Below are positions 24,291 to 33,957 of a stretch of DNA of 38,590 bases, piece by piece. Each line of letters opens with the position of its first letter. The stretch's first letter is position 1. The notes under the pieces are model-generated. The model did not search any database. It saw only the letters and a program-made list of their open reading frames with translations, and had not been told where the DNA came from. Source of the stretch: Candidatus Zixiibacteriota bacterium. GTDB lineage: Bacteria > Zixibacteria > MSB-5A5 > CAIYYT01. Location: contig CAUJJY010000325.1 in NCBI GenBank assembly GCA_963205155.1, positions 1-38,590 of the forward strand, given 5' to 3'. A program made the translations under genes and the position numbers.

Positions 24291-25951
24291 TTTACCTGCG
24301 GATTAAGTGTCTGTAAGTCAGTCCGCTTAATTAACAATTGCTCGCCGATTGACAGAATCGAATACATCGACCAGTACAACACCAGCCCGACCGGAAGACC
24401 CTTCATAAAGAAGAAGAACATCACCGGCATCAAATACACCAGCATCTTCTGCTTGGGATCCGTGATCGACATCTTTTGCTGGAAGAACATCGCCAGTGTC
24501 ATGATAATCGGCATGATATAGGGGAATGGATCTGGTTGCGAAAGATCGGGCCACATTGAAACAAAATACGCCTGGCGAAATTCGATCGTCGAACTGAACA
24601 CGGTGTAGAGACCGTACAAAAGCGGCATTTGCGGCAGGAGCAAGAGGCATCCGCTGAAGGGATTGACGCCCTCTTCCTTATATAGCTTCATGATCGATTG
24701 GTTCAGCTTCTGGGGATCGCTCTTATACTTGGCTTTCAGCTCTTCCATCTTGGGCGCCAGATTCTTCATCGCGGCCATCGACTTCAGCGATTTGCGCGTC
24801 AACGGGAAGGTGACCAGCTTGATCAGTATCGAGATAACGATGATCACGACACCGTAATTGGGAATGAATCTGTGAAGCTGGTAGGTCAGCCAGTAGACAG
24901 CGAATGAAAACGGCCGAATGATCTTCCATCCCCAGTTCATCAGGTCTTCAAGATCGGCGTTGTAGTGCTTGAGTGCGTCGTATTCCAAAGGCCCGGCATA
25001 TACCTTGAACTTATTCTCAATCGAAAGATTCGCTCCCGACGGCATCACAATACCGGTCGAAATCATTCGTTCATTATAGCTGCCATCTACCCCAACCCGG
25101 GACTTCTCTGTACCTCGGAAATAAGCACCATTACTGGCGTGATTGTCGGGGATCAGCGCGTAGGCAAAGTACTTTGATCGTGAAGCCACCCACTCCGCAT
25201 TGCCGGTAATGTCACGAACCATCTTGCCGTTTTCAAATGAGTCATCCGTCTGGATCTCCCCGGCCATAAATGCCGCGGCTTTGTAATTAGAGTAGTCATC
25301 GCTGACATTTTTCTCGGTATGGGGAATTCCCGGCAACCAGGCAAGTACATATTCCTTGTCAAGTCCGAGCTGCTGAACGCCGTTGATTTTCAATACCAAA
25401 TCGAAGTCGTACTTGTCCGCATAGAAAGTGAATTGCTTGACGATTTCTCCGCGATTCGGAATTTGGGCCGTAAACGTCACCGTCTGGCTCGCCGTACCGC
25501 CACCCGAAAGATTGACATCACCATCCGTACTCGTATAAGCAATCGCATGATCTGTAAACCCGCTGATCGCCGACATCACCGTCGGCACCGGCTGCGCTTC
25601 TGCCGGAAGCATCTCCACCAGTCCGCCATCGGAGTACTTGTATTCTTTAAGCGTGAGCTTATTGAGTCCCGCGCCTCTATTGGTCAAGACTGCATGGAAG
25701 AACTTCGTCTCGACATTGATTAACTTTTCCGGAATCGAATCAAGCACCACCGTTACACTGTCCAGCGTCGGCTGAACGATTGGAGTTGCCGCGCCGGTAA
25801 CAGCCGTACTGTCAGCCACGGGGCGCGATACTGAATCAGCGACGGTGTCTGGTGAGGTCGGCGGCTTGGGCGCCGGCTGGTTGAAATAGGACCAACCGAC
25901 AAAAATCAAGAATATCAGTACTATGGCGATGAGTGTATTACGATCAAACAT
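24287..25951 (-). CDS. yidC: membrane protein insertase YidC
   Basis: N-terminal TM, large periplasmic domain, conserved C-terminal core (GWKIIRPF, LTFPLTRKS, NPFSGCLLLLPQMP, GLVLYW). Confidence 0.95.
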   Translation of the reverse strand: MFDRNTLIAIVLIFLIFVGWSYFNQPAPKPPTSPDTVADSVSRPVADSTAVTGAATPIVQPTLDSVTVVLDSIPEKLINVETKFFHAVLTNRGAGLNKLTLKEYKYSDGGLVEMLPAEAQPVPTVMSAISGFTDHAIAYTSTDGDVNLSGGGTASQTVTFTAQIPNRGEIVKQFTFYADKYDFDLVLKINGVQQLGLDKEYVLAWLPGIPHTEKNVSDDYSNYKAAAFMAGEIQTDDSFENGKMVRDITGNAEWVASRSKYFAYALIPDNHASNGAYFRGTEKSRVGVDGSYNERMISTGIVMPSGANLSIENKFKVYAGPLEYDALKHYNADLEDLMNWGWKIIRPFSFAVYWLTYQLHRFIPNYGVVIIVISILIKLVTFPLTRKSLKSMAAMKNLAPKMEELKAKYKSDPQKLNQSIMKLYKEEGVNPFSGCLLLLPQMPLLYGLYTVFSSTIEFRQAYFVSMWPDLSQPDPFPYIMPIIMTLAMFFQQKMSITDPKQKMLVYLMPVMFFFFMKGLPVGLVLYWSMYSILSIGEQLLIKRTDLQTLNPQVK

Positions 25952-25958
25952 TTTTCAA

Positions 25959-26180
25959 TTACTCCACTGGGTCATACCCGCCGGGATGCAGCGGATGGCA
26001 ACGACCGATGCGCTTGAAGGTCAGCATCGTACCCCTTAAGAATCCGTACCGCTGCAGAGCTTCATGTGAATACTCTGAACACGACGGATAAAACCGACAT
26101 ACTTTGGGCAATAACGGCGAAAGCGCAAACTGATAGAAGCGAACTAAGACAGCCAAAACCTGGCCCATGATTTTATTCAT
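25959..26180 (-). CDS. yidD: membrane protein insertion efficiency factor YidD
   Basis: YQFALSPLLPKVCRFYPSCSEYSHEAL..GRCHPLHPGGYDPV. Confidence 0.92.
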   Translation of the reverse strand: MNKIMGQVLAVLVRFYQFALSPLLPKVCRFYPSCSEYSHEALQRYGFLRGTMLTFKRIGRCHPLHPGGYDPVE

Positions 26181-26571
26181 TGTCTAACAATTGCTCCAAT
26201 TGCGCGGATACCTGGCTGAATCCCAGGTCGACGGCAGTCTGCTTGGCTGATAGGACGATAGCGGAATCAACTGGCCACAAATCCTTGTGTGTGCGCACGT
26301 ACTCCCGCATCAAACGGCGAACCCGATTGCGGGTCGGCGCATTACCAAGTCGCTTCGGAACACGAAAACACCAACGGCTGGATACCCCCGGTGTTGGAAA
26401 GCGATGCATTCCTATATGCTCGCCTTCGCGACGATCTCCTGAACGCAGTGTCTGACGGATAAGCATGCCATCCGACAGACGACAGCTCTTGCCAAAACTA
26501 TGATCTTTCGTCAGATACGGTAAGTTTGTGTCTGCCTTTGCGGCGACGTCTCGACAGAACGGCCCGGCCAT
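26173..26571 (-). CDS. rnpA: ribonuclease P protein component RnpA (start uncertain)
   Basis: The RNR motif block [15 protein letters not shown], plus its position between rpmH and yidD. The track start at 26571 overlaps rpmH by 74 nt. The conserved CRL..F-type N-terminal segment lies upstream of the next ATG (26466), so the start is either 26571 or a non-ATG codon near 26510. Confidence 0.8.
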   Translation of the reverse strand: MAGPFCRDVAAKADTNLPYLTKDHSFGKSCRLSDGMLIRQTLRSGDRREGEHIGMHRFPTPGVSSRWCFRVPKRLGNAPTRNRVRRLMREYVRTHKDLWPVDSAIVLSAKQTAVDLGFSQVSAQLEQLLDNE

Positions 26572-26647
26572 CCTTGGTCTTCATTCTCTCACGAAAACCG
26601 TGATCGTTCTTCCGTTTCCGCTTCGAGGGCTGATATGTTCTCTTCAT
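26498..26647 (-). CDS. rpmH: 50S ribosomal protein L34
   Basis: Absent from the ORF track because it is under 60 aa. My translation is [49 protein letters not shown], a canonical L34 sequence. TTAGGAGAGAA precedes the ATG. Confidence 0.92.
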   Translation of the reverse strand: MKRTYQPSKRKRKNDHGFRERMKTKDGRAVLSRRRRKGRHKLTVSDERS

Positions 26648-26681
26648 TTCTCTCCTAAGCTAATAACCCAATTAGCTGAAC

Positions 26682-26710
26682 ATTTTACATCTCCGGCAAG
26701 GGTATGTCAA
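26682..26710 (-). promoter_or_regulatory. sigma-70 promoter of the rpmH operon
   Basis: On the minus strand: TTGACA (26710-26705), a 17-nt spacer, TAAAAT (26687-26682). It lies about 35 nt upstream of the rpmH ATG. Confidence 0.6.
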
Positions 26711-26836
26711 GGGATTATTGTCGCTTGGCAATCCGCTGGCTCTCGCCAAAGTCTTAATCCTTTGAGTACTTGTATCATGGAGAAGTTGAGTGAAGCCATT
26801 GCTTTACAATCAGTTATCATCTGACTGTCTCTCGCC

Positions 26837-27382
26837 TTACTCGCTAAGTCTCGGCGTCTTCCTCAACATCCGCAGAATCGATTCCTCCGTAGTCCGCTCC
26901 CTGACCTCTTCTGCAGTAAGCCAACGCAGATCGTGCGATTCATCACTGATCGTCAGCTCCTTGCTGTCATTAGCCTCGCAAATAAAACGGACATCATAAT
27001 GGAGATGTTCCAACACCCCTTTGTGCTCGGGAATACGATGGATGTCGAGATCGAAGATCCGTTCCGATAGCGGCGCTATGTTCGAAACACCCGACTCCTC
27101 ACGCGCCTCCCTTAAGGCAACCTCAAACACATCCGCATTGCCGTCGGCATGCCCGCCAAGTTGCAGCCACAGCTCAAGCTTCTTATGAAATGTCAGCAGG
27201 AATCGATCTCGTCCTGGATTAACGATCCAGGCAGACCCGGTGATATGCCCGATCTCAAGCGAACGCTCGAAACAGTCTTGATTTGCCTTGATAAACTCAA
27301 CGAAACGGTCGCGACATTCGGAATCGCGCTGATCGAGTGGAACGAATTGGCTTAGCTTCTCAAGAATATCGCGACGATGCAT
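26837..27382 (-). CDS. NUDIX hydrolase
   Basis: Nudix box GGHADGNADVFEVALREAREESGV (Gx5Ex7REUxEExGU). Confidence 0.85.
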   Translation of the reverse strand: MHRRDILEKLSQFVPLDQRDSECRDRFVEFIKANQDCFERSLEIGHITGSAWIVNPGRDRFLLTFHKKLELWLQLGGHADGNADVFEVALREAREESGVSNIAPLSERIFDLDIHRIPEHKGVLEHLHYDVRFICEANDSKELTISDESHDLRWLTAEEVRERTTEESILRMLRKTPRLSE

Positions 27383-27431
27383 GGGAGATGTTACATCGTC
27401 GACGTCATCAACGCAAGTAGGACAACGTCCG

Positions 27432-28250
27432 CTAACCTAACGCCACGTCAAGGATCATCATCACTGTGAATCCAACCATCACCCCCATCGTCGCGACATG
27501 CGAGTGCCCCGATGTTTGCGATTCCGGAACCAGTTCTTCCACAACCACAAATATCATCGCCCCCGCCGCAAATGACAGAGCATACGGCAGAATCGGCTTG
27601 GCGGCAATCACGAGCGCCGCGCCCAACATTCCGGCAATCGGCTCAACAATCCCCGAAAGCTGTCCGTACCAGAACGCCTTGAATCTCGAAACCCCGACCC
27701 GCCGAAGCGGCATCGAAACCGCCAACCCTTCCGGAAAATTCTGAATACCGATACCCAGCGCCAGCGCAACCGCTCCCGCCAGATTCGCCGAAGGCAAATC
27801 CGCCGCAACTGCGCCAAAAGCCACACCCACTGCCAATCCCTCGGGAATATTATGAAGCGTGATTGCTAACACCAACAACGTACTGCGATGCCATGCTGTT
27901 TTGATACCCTCCGCGTGCAATCCGCTATCGGTCATATGCAAATGCGGAAGTACCAGGTCCAGACCACGCAGAAACGCTGCGCCAAGCAAGAATCCGACCG
28001 CCGCCGGTACCCAGGTTGGTACCGGTCCATTCTCCGACATATCAATCGCCGGAGCCAACAACGACCAGTAGCTGGCGGCAATCATGACCCCGGCCGCAAA
28101 GCCGAGCATCATGTCCAGTGTCCGGCGGCTGACCTCTTTGCTAAGAAACACTCCGGCCGCGCCCAGTCCGGTCAGCCCCCACGTAAAACAAGTAGCCAAA
28201 AGCGCCTGAATGACCGGACTTAGATTTACAAACCACTCACCAAGAATCAT
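27432..28250 (-). CDS. ZIP family divalent metal (zinc) transporter
   Basis: Polytopic protein with [10 protein letters not shown] and [13 protein letters not shown] signature helices. Confidence 0.9.
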   Translation of the reverse strand: MILGEWFVNLSPVIQALLATCFTWGLTGLGAAGVFLSKEVSRRTLDMMLGFAAGVMIAASYWSLLAPAIDMSENGPVPTWVPAAVGFLLGAAFLRGLDLVLPHLHMTDSGLHAEGIKTAWHRSTLLVLAITLHNIPEGLAVGVAFGAVAADLPSANLAGAVALALGIGIQNFPEGLAVSMPLRRVGVSRFKAFWYGQLSGIVEPIAGMLGAALVIAAKPILPYALSFAAGAMIFVVVEELVPESQTSGHSHVATMGVMVGFTVMMILDVALG

Positions 28251-28358
28251 GGGAGGGAATAGACATCAATGTAGATGTTATTCGCAAGCCAAAACTCCTT
28301 CTGCATAAATTTCGATTCAGACTTGACACCAGCGGGTAAATTGTATCATCTAAGTCCG

Positions 28359-30056
28359 ATGAATACTCATGACAACCTGGAGGAAATAGTGGTCAAAAGA
28401 CTGACATTCAGGAACTCCCTGAAATACACCTGTCTCTCATTCGCGCTGATCTTTGTGACAGCAGCTTCAACGCGCACCGCTGCCACAGGCAATGAAGCGC
28501 AGTACCGGCAGTACCTCGATGCCGCAGAGAAAGTTCTGAATTTCACCGGCGTCGCAATGGTCGCTCGCGATGGGAACATCATTTTCGCGCAGGGAGTCGG
28601 GCGGGCGGACTTTGAATCGGATCGCCCCAATTTCGTCGATACCAAATTCGCTATTGGCTCCGTCACCAAGCAATTCACTGCCGCTGCAATCATGCAGCTC
28701 CGGGAAAAAGGATTGCTCTCTCTCGATGATCCGATTGCAAAATACTTCCCCGACTATCCCGAAGAAACCGCCAACAAGATCACCATCCGTCACTTGCTGA
28801 CCCACACTTCCGGCATTGTCAATTTCACCAGCGTCCCTGCCTACGTGCAGTGGAAAGATCAGGATGTGCCGCTTGACGTCCAGATCAACGCAATTTCCAC
28901 ATTGCCGCTTGAGTTCGAACCCGGTACCAAGTTCAGCTACAGTAATTCTGGCTACAAACTCCTCGAAGCCATTATCAACCAGGTATCCGGCAAACTCTGG
29001 CACATTTACATCGCCGAGAACATCTTTGCTCCTGCAGGTATGTCACATTCGGGATACGATCTTGTAACCGTCGCCGAAAAGGAGCGCGCACTCGGCTACC
29101 TGTTCGACGACAACGGCAAACCTATACGCACCGACCTGCCGAAGGCAACAACCCCCGGTGGTGCCGGTGCACTGTATAGCACCGTAGGAGATCTCGCAAA
29201 ATGGGATGAGGCACTGCGCGGCGAGAAGATACTCAAACGCGCTTCTCTCGACATGATGTTCACGCCCTTTTTGGACAACTACGGCTTCGGTTTTATGATC
29301 GATTCTGTCGCCGGATACCAACGCATCTGGCACGATGGCATGATTGACGGCTTCGCAAGCATGTTCATCCGCATCCCCCAAGAAAACTTAAGCATCGCCG
29401 TACTTGCCAATAATCATATGCTCGATTCCCGCCGCGTAGCAGTCAATCTCACGGCAATCGCCCTCGGCCTACCTTATGATGTCCCGGTGCTCAAGACTCC
29501 AGCTGTAGCCGACACAAGCAAATATCAGGATTACTTCGGCGCCTACGATCTCGGCAATGGCCAGTACCGCCTGATAACTACCGAGAATGGCAAGCTCTAC
29601 TCCCAGCGCTCGGGCGGGATGCAATCCGAGATCTTTCCGGAGTCACCGGATAAGTTTTACTATGAGCAAAACCACGCCACCACAGTCACATTCATTCGCG
29701 ATGATGCCGGCAAAGTCACCGCACACTCGATACACCAAGAGGGCGTCGACTCACGGCACGAAAAAATGTCCGCCGAACAGACAGCTGCAATCGTTGCCAA
29801 GACCGCTCCCGTCAAAGTCAACCCGGCGATCTTTGACCGCTATGTCGGTGAGTATCAATTGTCGCCTGTTTTCTCGATAACAGTCGAGAGCAAGGAAAAT
29901 CGCATTTTTGCGCAGGCAACCGGCCAGCCGCAATTCGAAATCTTCCCGAAGTCGGAAACGCGGTATTTCCTCAAAGTCGTCGATGCCGAAATTGAATTTG
30001 TGATGGGACCCGACGGCAAAGCCGATAGCCTGATTCTCTTCCAGGCTGGCTTGTAA
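28359..30056 (+). CDS. serine hydrolase / class C beta-lactamase-family protein with C-terminal extra domains
   Basis: SVTKQFTA (SxxK), YSNSGY (YxN), GGAG. Signal-like segment LKYTCLSFALIFVTAAS. I prefer the start at ATG 28359 to the track's 28275. Confidence 0.85.
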   Translation: MNTHDNLEEIVVKRLTFRNSLKYTCLSFALIFVTAASTRTAATGNEAQYRQYLDAAEKVLNFTGVAMVARDGNIIFAQGVGRADFESDRPNFVDTKFAIGSVTKQFTAAAIMQLREKGLLSLDDPIAKYFPDYPEETANKITIRHLLTHTSGIVNFTSVPAYVQWKDQDVPLDVQINAISTLPLEFEPGTKFSYSNSGYKLLEAIINQVSGKLWHIYIAENIFAPAGMSHSGYDLVTVAEKERALGYLFDDNGKPIRTDLPKATTPGGAGALYSTVGDLAKWDEALRGEKILKRASLDMMFTPFLDNYGFGFMIDSVAGYQRIWHDGMIDGFASMFIRIPQENLSIAVLANNHMLDSRRVAVNLTAIALGLPYDVPVLKTPAVADTSKYQDYFGAYDLGNGQYRLITTENGKLYSQRSGGMQSEIFPESPDKFYYEQNHATTVTFIRDDAGKVTAHSIHQEGVDSRHEKMSAEQTAAIVAKTAPVKVNPAIFDRYVGEYQLSPVFSITVESKENRIFAQATGQPQFEIFPKSETRYFLKVVDAEIEFVMGPDGKADSLILFQAGL

Positions 30057-30083
30057 CAACACGCAAAACGGAAGTAAAGACAA

Positions 30084-30113
30084 AGCCCGTCGCACAGGAT
30101 GATGCGACGGGCT
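30084..30113. terminator. bidirectional intrinsic terminator
   Basis: AGCCCGTCGCA-caggatga-TGCGACGGGCT is a perfect 11-bp stem. On the minus strand it is followed by TTTGTCTTTACTT, downstream of crt. Confidence 0.6.
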
Positions 30114-30136
30114 CACTATTACATTCGAAGTCTGAT

Positions 30137-30919
30137 CTACTTACCCGAGAATTTCGCGTCACGCTTCTCCAGAAACGCGCCGAGTCCCTCATTCTTATCA
30201 TCGGTCGCGCATAGCGCCGCGAATGCCTGAATCTCAAATGCATTCGCATTCGTCAGGTCGACTTCTCCACCCCGATTGATCAGTTCCTTGGCGTACTGCA
30301 CGCCCAGTGGGCTCTTCGATAAAATCGTATCTGCCAGCTTATTTGCCTCCGCCATCAGCTGATCCGCCGGAAAAACAAATTCCACCAGCCCGATCCGCAG
30401 CGCTTCGTCGGCTTTAATGATGCGCGCACTGAAAGTCAGCTCCTTCGCGCGACCCTTACCCACCAACCGCGTCAATCTCTGCGTCCCGCCAAACCCGGGG
30501 ATGATGCCGAGATTCACTTCCGGCTGTCCCATCTTGGCGTTCTCTGAAGCCACTCGAATATCGGTCGCCATCATAAACTCACAGCCGCCCCCCAACGCAA
30601 ATCCGTTCACAGCGCTAATCGAGACAATCCGAGAATTCTCAATTTGAGCAAGAACTGAATGACCGGTCTCAACGAACTTCTTCCCGGTCACCACATCAAG
30701 CGTCTTCAACTCGCCGATATCAGCTCCCGCAATAAAAGCCTTCTCGCCCGCACCGGTGAAAATCACCACCCGGACCTCGCCGCCATTCTCAAACTCCGTA
30801 AACGCCTGCTTGACCTCGAGAAGCGTTTCCGTGTTGAGCGCGTTCAGTGCCTTGGGCCGATTGAACGTAACCGTCGCCTTCGCACCTTGTGTTTCTACTA
30901 TAATATTATTGTAAGCCAT
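30137..30919 (-). CDS. crt: short-chain enoyl-CoA hydratase (crotonase)
   Basis: TFNRPKALNAL, FIAGADI, ALGGGCEFMMATD, GIIPGFGGTQRL. Confidence 0.92.
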   Translation of the reverse strand: MAYNNIIVETQGAKATVTFNRPKALNALNTETLLEVKQAFTEFENGGEVRVVIFTGAGEKAFIAGADIGELKTLDVVTGKKFVETGHSVLAQIENSRIVSISAVNGFALGGGCEFMMATDIRVASENAKMGQPEVNLGIIPGFGGTQRLTRLVGKGRAKELTFSARIIKADEALRIGLVEFVFPADQLMAEANKLADTILSKSPLGVQYAKELINRGGEVDLTNANAFEIQAFAALCATDDKNEGLGAFLEKRDAKFSGK

Positions 30920-30928
30920 CGTATCTCC

Positions 30929-31786
30929 CTACTTCTTGCTGTAATCGTAGAACCCGCGACCTGACTTGCGACCCAGATACCCCGCCTTGACCATCCGCTT
31001 CAGAAGCGGCGGCGCTGCATAGTGCGGCTGACGGAATTCTTCAAACATGATCTCGCCGATATACATGATCGTATCCAGCCCAATGAAATCGGTCAATTCC
31101 AACGGTCCCATCGGATGCGCACATCCAAGCTTCATCGCATTGTCGATCTCTTCCTTCGTCGCCAGACCATTCTCATACCAGCGAATTGCATCAATCAGAT
31201 ACGGCACCAACAGCAAATTGACCACAAACCCGCACGAATCCTTGGCGCGAACGACCACTTTGCCGACCGACTCCGCAAATGCAATAGCATCCTTGAAAGC
31301 CGCGTCATCCGTCATCACCGTATGCACAACTTCCACCAATTTCATCACCGGCACCGGATTGAAGAAATGCAGCCCCACGAACCTGCTGCGCCGGGAGGTC
31401 TCAACCGCCATGTCAGTAATCGACAATGACGACGTATTCGAGGCAAAAATCGTCTCCGGCTTGCAGGCTTTATCCAATGCCTTGAAGATCGGGATCTTCA
31501 CTTCCAGATTTTCCGTGACCGCTTCAATGACGAGATCGCAATCAGCAAGATCCTCCAACTTGGTCGTCGTCGAGATATTGCCCAAAACCTTCGCTTTGTC
31601 GTCCGCGGTGGCTTTGCCTTTCTCGATCGCCTTGTCCAGAAGCTTCTCGATTCCCTTCAAACCCTTCTGCAACAGCTCTTCCTTTTCTTCCCGCGCTACA
31701 ACTTTGTAGCCGGCGGCGGCAGTCACCTGGGCAATACCGGAGCCCATTTGCCCGAAGCCCACGATTCCGATTTTCTTGAAATTCAC
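30929..31786 (-). CDS. hbd: 3-hydroxybutyryl-CoA dehydrogenase
   Basis: IGIVGFGQMGSGIAQ Rossmann motif, FASNTSSLSIT, HFFNPVPVMKLVEV, GFVVNLLL. Confidence 0.93.
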   Translation of the reverse strand: MNFKKIGIVGFGQMGSGIAQVTAAAGYKVVAREEKEELLQKGLKGIEKLLDKAIEKGKATADDKAKVLGNISTTTKLEDLADCDLVIEAVTENLEVKIPIFKALDKACKPETIFASNTSSLSITDMAVETSRRSRFVGLHFFNPVPVMKLVEVVHTVMTDDAAFKDAIAFAESVGKVVVRAKDSCGFVVNLLLVPYLIDAIRWYENGLATKEEIDNAMKLGCAHPMGPLELTDFIGLDTIMYIGEIMFEEFRQPHYAAPPLLKRMVKAGYLGRKSGRGFYDYSKK

Positions 31787-31978
31787 GATTTCCTCCCAAA
31801 GGGGCTATATCAATCCTTAAATGCAGGTTTATGTTGGCACATTGCTCATACCCGACTTAGTTCAGAATAGATGACTACTTAATCCAAGTCAAGTCGCTCG
31901 ATTGAGATTTCCGGTCGATTTTGTAACTCTCTTTCAGAAAAGTTGACTTGGAGCCAGAATGTTGCTACATTCCCCGCG

Positions 31979-32926
31979 ATGTCCTTAGACTACCAGGCGA
32001 TTACTTCAGCGGACGGCATTATCGATGCCGCCAAAATCCTCGGCTCAAAGTACGGCCCCTTCAAGGTCGCCGTTGCCGCCGCCGAGGACGACGACGTTCT
32101 CAAAGCCTGTTCCGAAGCCGCCAACCTCGGCTTCGCCCTCTTTACCCTCTTTGGCTCCGAATCCAAACTCCGCGAGATCGGCGATAAACACAAAATCGAC
32201 TTCTCCGGCTTCACGATCGTCAATACCAAGGATGCCGGCGAGTCGGCACATCTGGCTGCCGAATCCGCTGACAAAGGCAAAGCTGATCTAATCCAGAAGG
32301 GCTTCCTCTCGACATCGGCATTGCTGAAAACTGTCTTGTCCCGTGATTTCGCTCTGCGCGCCGCCGATACTCTCAATCACGTTGCTGTACTCGGATTTCC
32401 CGGCTACCACAAGTTGCTCGGAATCACTGATGGAGGTATGGTCGTCAAGCCGACTTTTGACCAGAAAGTTCAGATTATCAATAATTCCATCAAGCTGTTC
32501 CACTGCCTTGGCTACGAAAAACCAAAGGTCGCCGTCTCGGCTCCCGTGGATTACATCCATCAGCGATTATCAGCCACCACCGAGGCCGCACAATTGACCG
32601 CCATGAACAAAGATGGACTGATTCCCGATTGCGAAGTCTACGGACCGGTCACTTTCGATGCCGCCACTTCGCGGGCTGTTGCGCTTAGTCGCGGTATTAC
32701 CAATTACGTTGCCGGCGATGCCGATATCTTCCTGGTCGACTCCATCGAAGAATGTAACATCATCTCCAAGACGCTGATCCTCCTTTCACCGGCCACATTC
32801 GCCGGAGTCATCGTCGGAGCACGAGTGCCGGTTAGCCTTGTATCGCGCACCGACACCGCCCGCAACAAGCTGGCATCAATTTCTATTGCCTGCCTGTTCT
32901 CGCATTATCTCAAGAGGGCCAAGTGA
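31979..32926 (+). CDS. phosphate acetyl/butyryltransferase family protein (paralogue 1)
   Basis: PTA_PTB-type pattern: VAVAAAEDDDVLKA, ADLIQKG, GITDGGM, GDADIFLVDSIEECN. The start is ATG 31979 or TTG 31943. Confidence 0.8.
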   Translation: MSLDYQAITSADGIIDAAKILGSKYGPFKVAVAAAEDDDVLKACSEAANLGFALFTLFGSESKLREIGDKHKIDFSGFTIVNTKDAGESAHLAAESADKGKADLIQKGFLSTSALLKTVLSRDFALRAADTLNHVAVLGFPGYHKLLGITDGGMVVKPTFDQKVQIINNSIKLFHCLGYEKPKVAVSAPVDYIHQRLSATTEAAQLTAMNKDGLIPDCEVYGPVTFDAATSRAVALSRGITNYVAGDADIFLVDSIEECNIISKTLILLSPATFAGVIVGARVPVSLVSRTDTARNKLASISIACLFSHYLKRAK

Positions 32927-33831
32927 TGCTGAAGAATTTTGCGGAAATCGAAAAACAGGCGCGCGATAAAGCAGTCGACCCGCTGTTGGTGGCATTCGTC
33001 GAACCACACGAACCCAAACTAATCCAAGCGATCGACCGCGCGATGAAGAACCGCCTGATCAAGCCCGTCATGATCGGCGACGAGTCCGCCATCGCCAAAG
33101 CCTCAAAAGAAATCGGCATCGATACGCTCGGCTGGGAACTCGTCCGTTCACCCGAACCAAACTATTCAGCCTATCAGGCGCTCGAATTAATCCGCGACAA
33201 TAAAGTCGGCGGCATCTGCAAAGGCGTCTTTGGCGCCAAGGATTTCCTGTCGTTGCTGTTCGAGCGTAATCTCGGATTCCGAGTTTCCAAGAATCTTGTC
33301 TCCGGACACTTGGTCTGCAAGAATCAACAATTAGACCGCCTGTTGATACTTTCCGACCCGATTGTTAATCCCGATCCCGAGATGATGGACTTGGTCGACA
33401 TCCTCAACAACGCCGTCGCGCTGGCGCGCAAACTTGGCAATCCGTTGCCCAAAGTCGCCCTGCTCGCCGCCGTCGAGGTCATCTATCCCCAGATGCCGGT
33501 CACGATCGTCGAAGCCGTCATCTCCAAGATGGTCGACAAGGGTCAGGTCAAGAACTGTCTCGTCGACGGCCCGCTCTCGATGGATGTTGCTTTGATGGAA
33601 AGTGCCGCCAAAGAAAAAGGCGCCAAGGGTGAGGTTGCCGGCCACGCCGAAATTCTGATCGGTCCCAGCCTTGCCACCAGCTATGGCGTCTATAAAGCGT
33701 TAACGATGTTCACGAAGAGCGAATCCGGTTTGATCATCACCGGAGGCAAAGTCCCCGCCGTAATCACTTCCGGCAACGACACCCCCGACACGAAATACAA
33801 TTCACTGGTTCTCGCTGTCGCTATCCGGTAG
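32923..33831 (+). CDS. phosphate acetyl/butyryltransferase family protein (paralogue 2)
   Basis: 4-nt overlap with paralogue 1. LVAFVEPHEPKLIQA, GICKG, LILSDPIVNP, GHAEILIGPSL. The TAG stop (33829-33831) lies inside a REP doublet. Confidence 0.8.
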   Translation: MMLKNFAEIEKQARDKAVDPLLVAFVEPHEPKLIQAIDRAMKNRLIKPVMIGDESAIAKASKEIGIDTLGWELVRSPEPNYSAYQALELIRDNKVGGICKGVFGAKDFLSLLFERNLGFRVSKNLVSGHLVCKNQQLDRLLILSDPIVNPDPEMMDLVDILNNAVALARKLGNPLPKVALLAAVEVIYPQMPVTIVEAVISKMVDKGQVKNCLVDGPLSMDVALMESAAKEKGAKGEVAGHAEILIGPSLATSYGVYKALTMFTKSESGLIITGGKVPAVITSGNDTPDTKYNSLVLAVAIR

Positions 33832-33897
33832 GACAAACACTCCTGTCTGTCACTTCCCCTTCCATTTACCACGTCAGACAATAATGTCTGACCTACC
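33827..33897. repeat. REP doublet E2
   Basis: GGTAGGACAAACACTCCTGTCTGTC, then ..TTCCCCTT.., then GTCAGACAATAATGTCTGACCTACC. Confidence 0.85.
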
Positions 33898-33922
33898 AAC
33901 TATTGCTTCCAAGTAAACGCTC

Positions 33923-33947
33923 GGTAGGACAGACATTCCTGTCTGTC
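33923..33947. repeat. single REP unit E3
   Basis: GGTAGGACAGACATTCCTGTCTGTC, identical to the left unit of E4. Confidence 0.8.
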
Positions 33948-33957
33948 GTTTGTCCTT

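Noticed and set aside
28251-28300. Possible Zur-type operator (ACATC-aatgta-GATGT) upstream of the ZIP transporter gene
   Set aside because: It has only 5-bp arms and no resemblance to Zur/Fur box consensus sequences that I can recall. Too weak to call.
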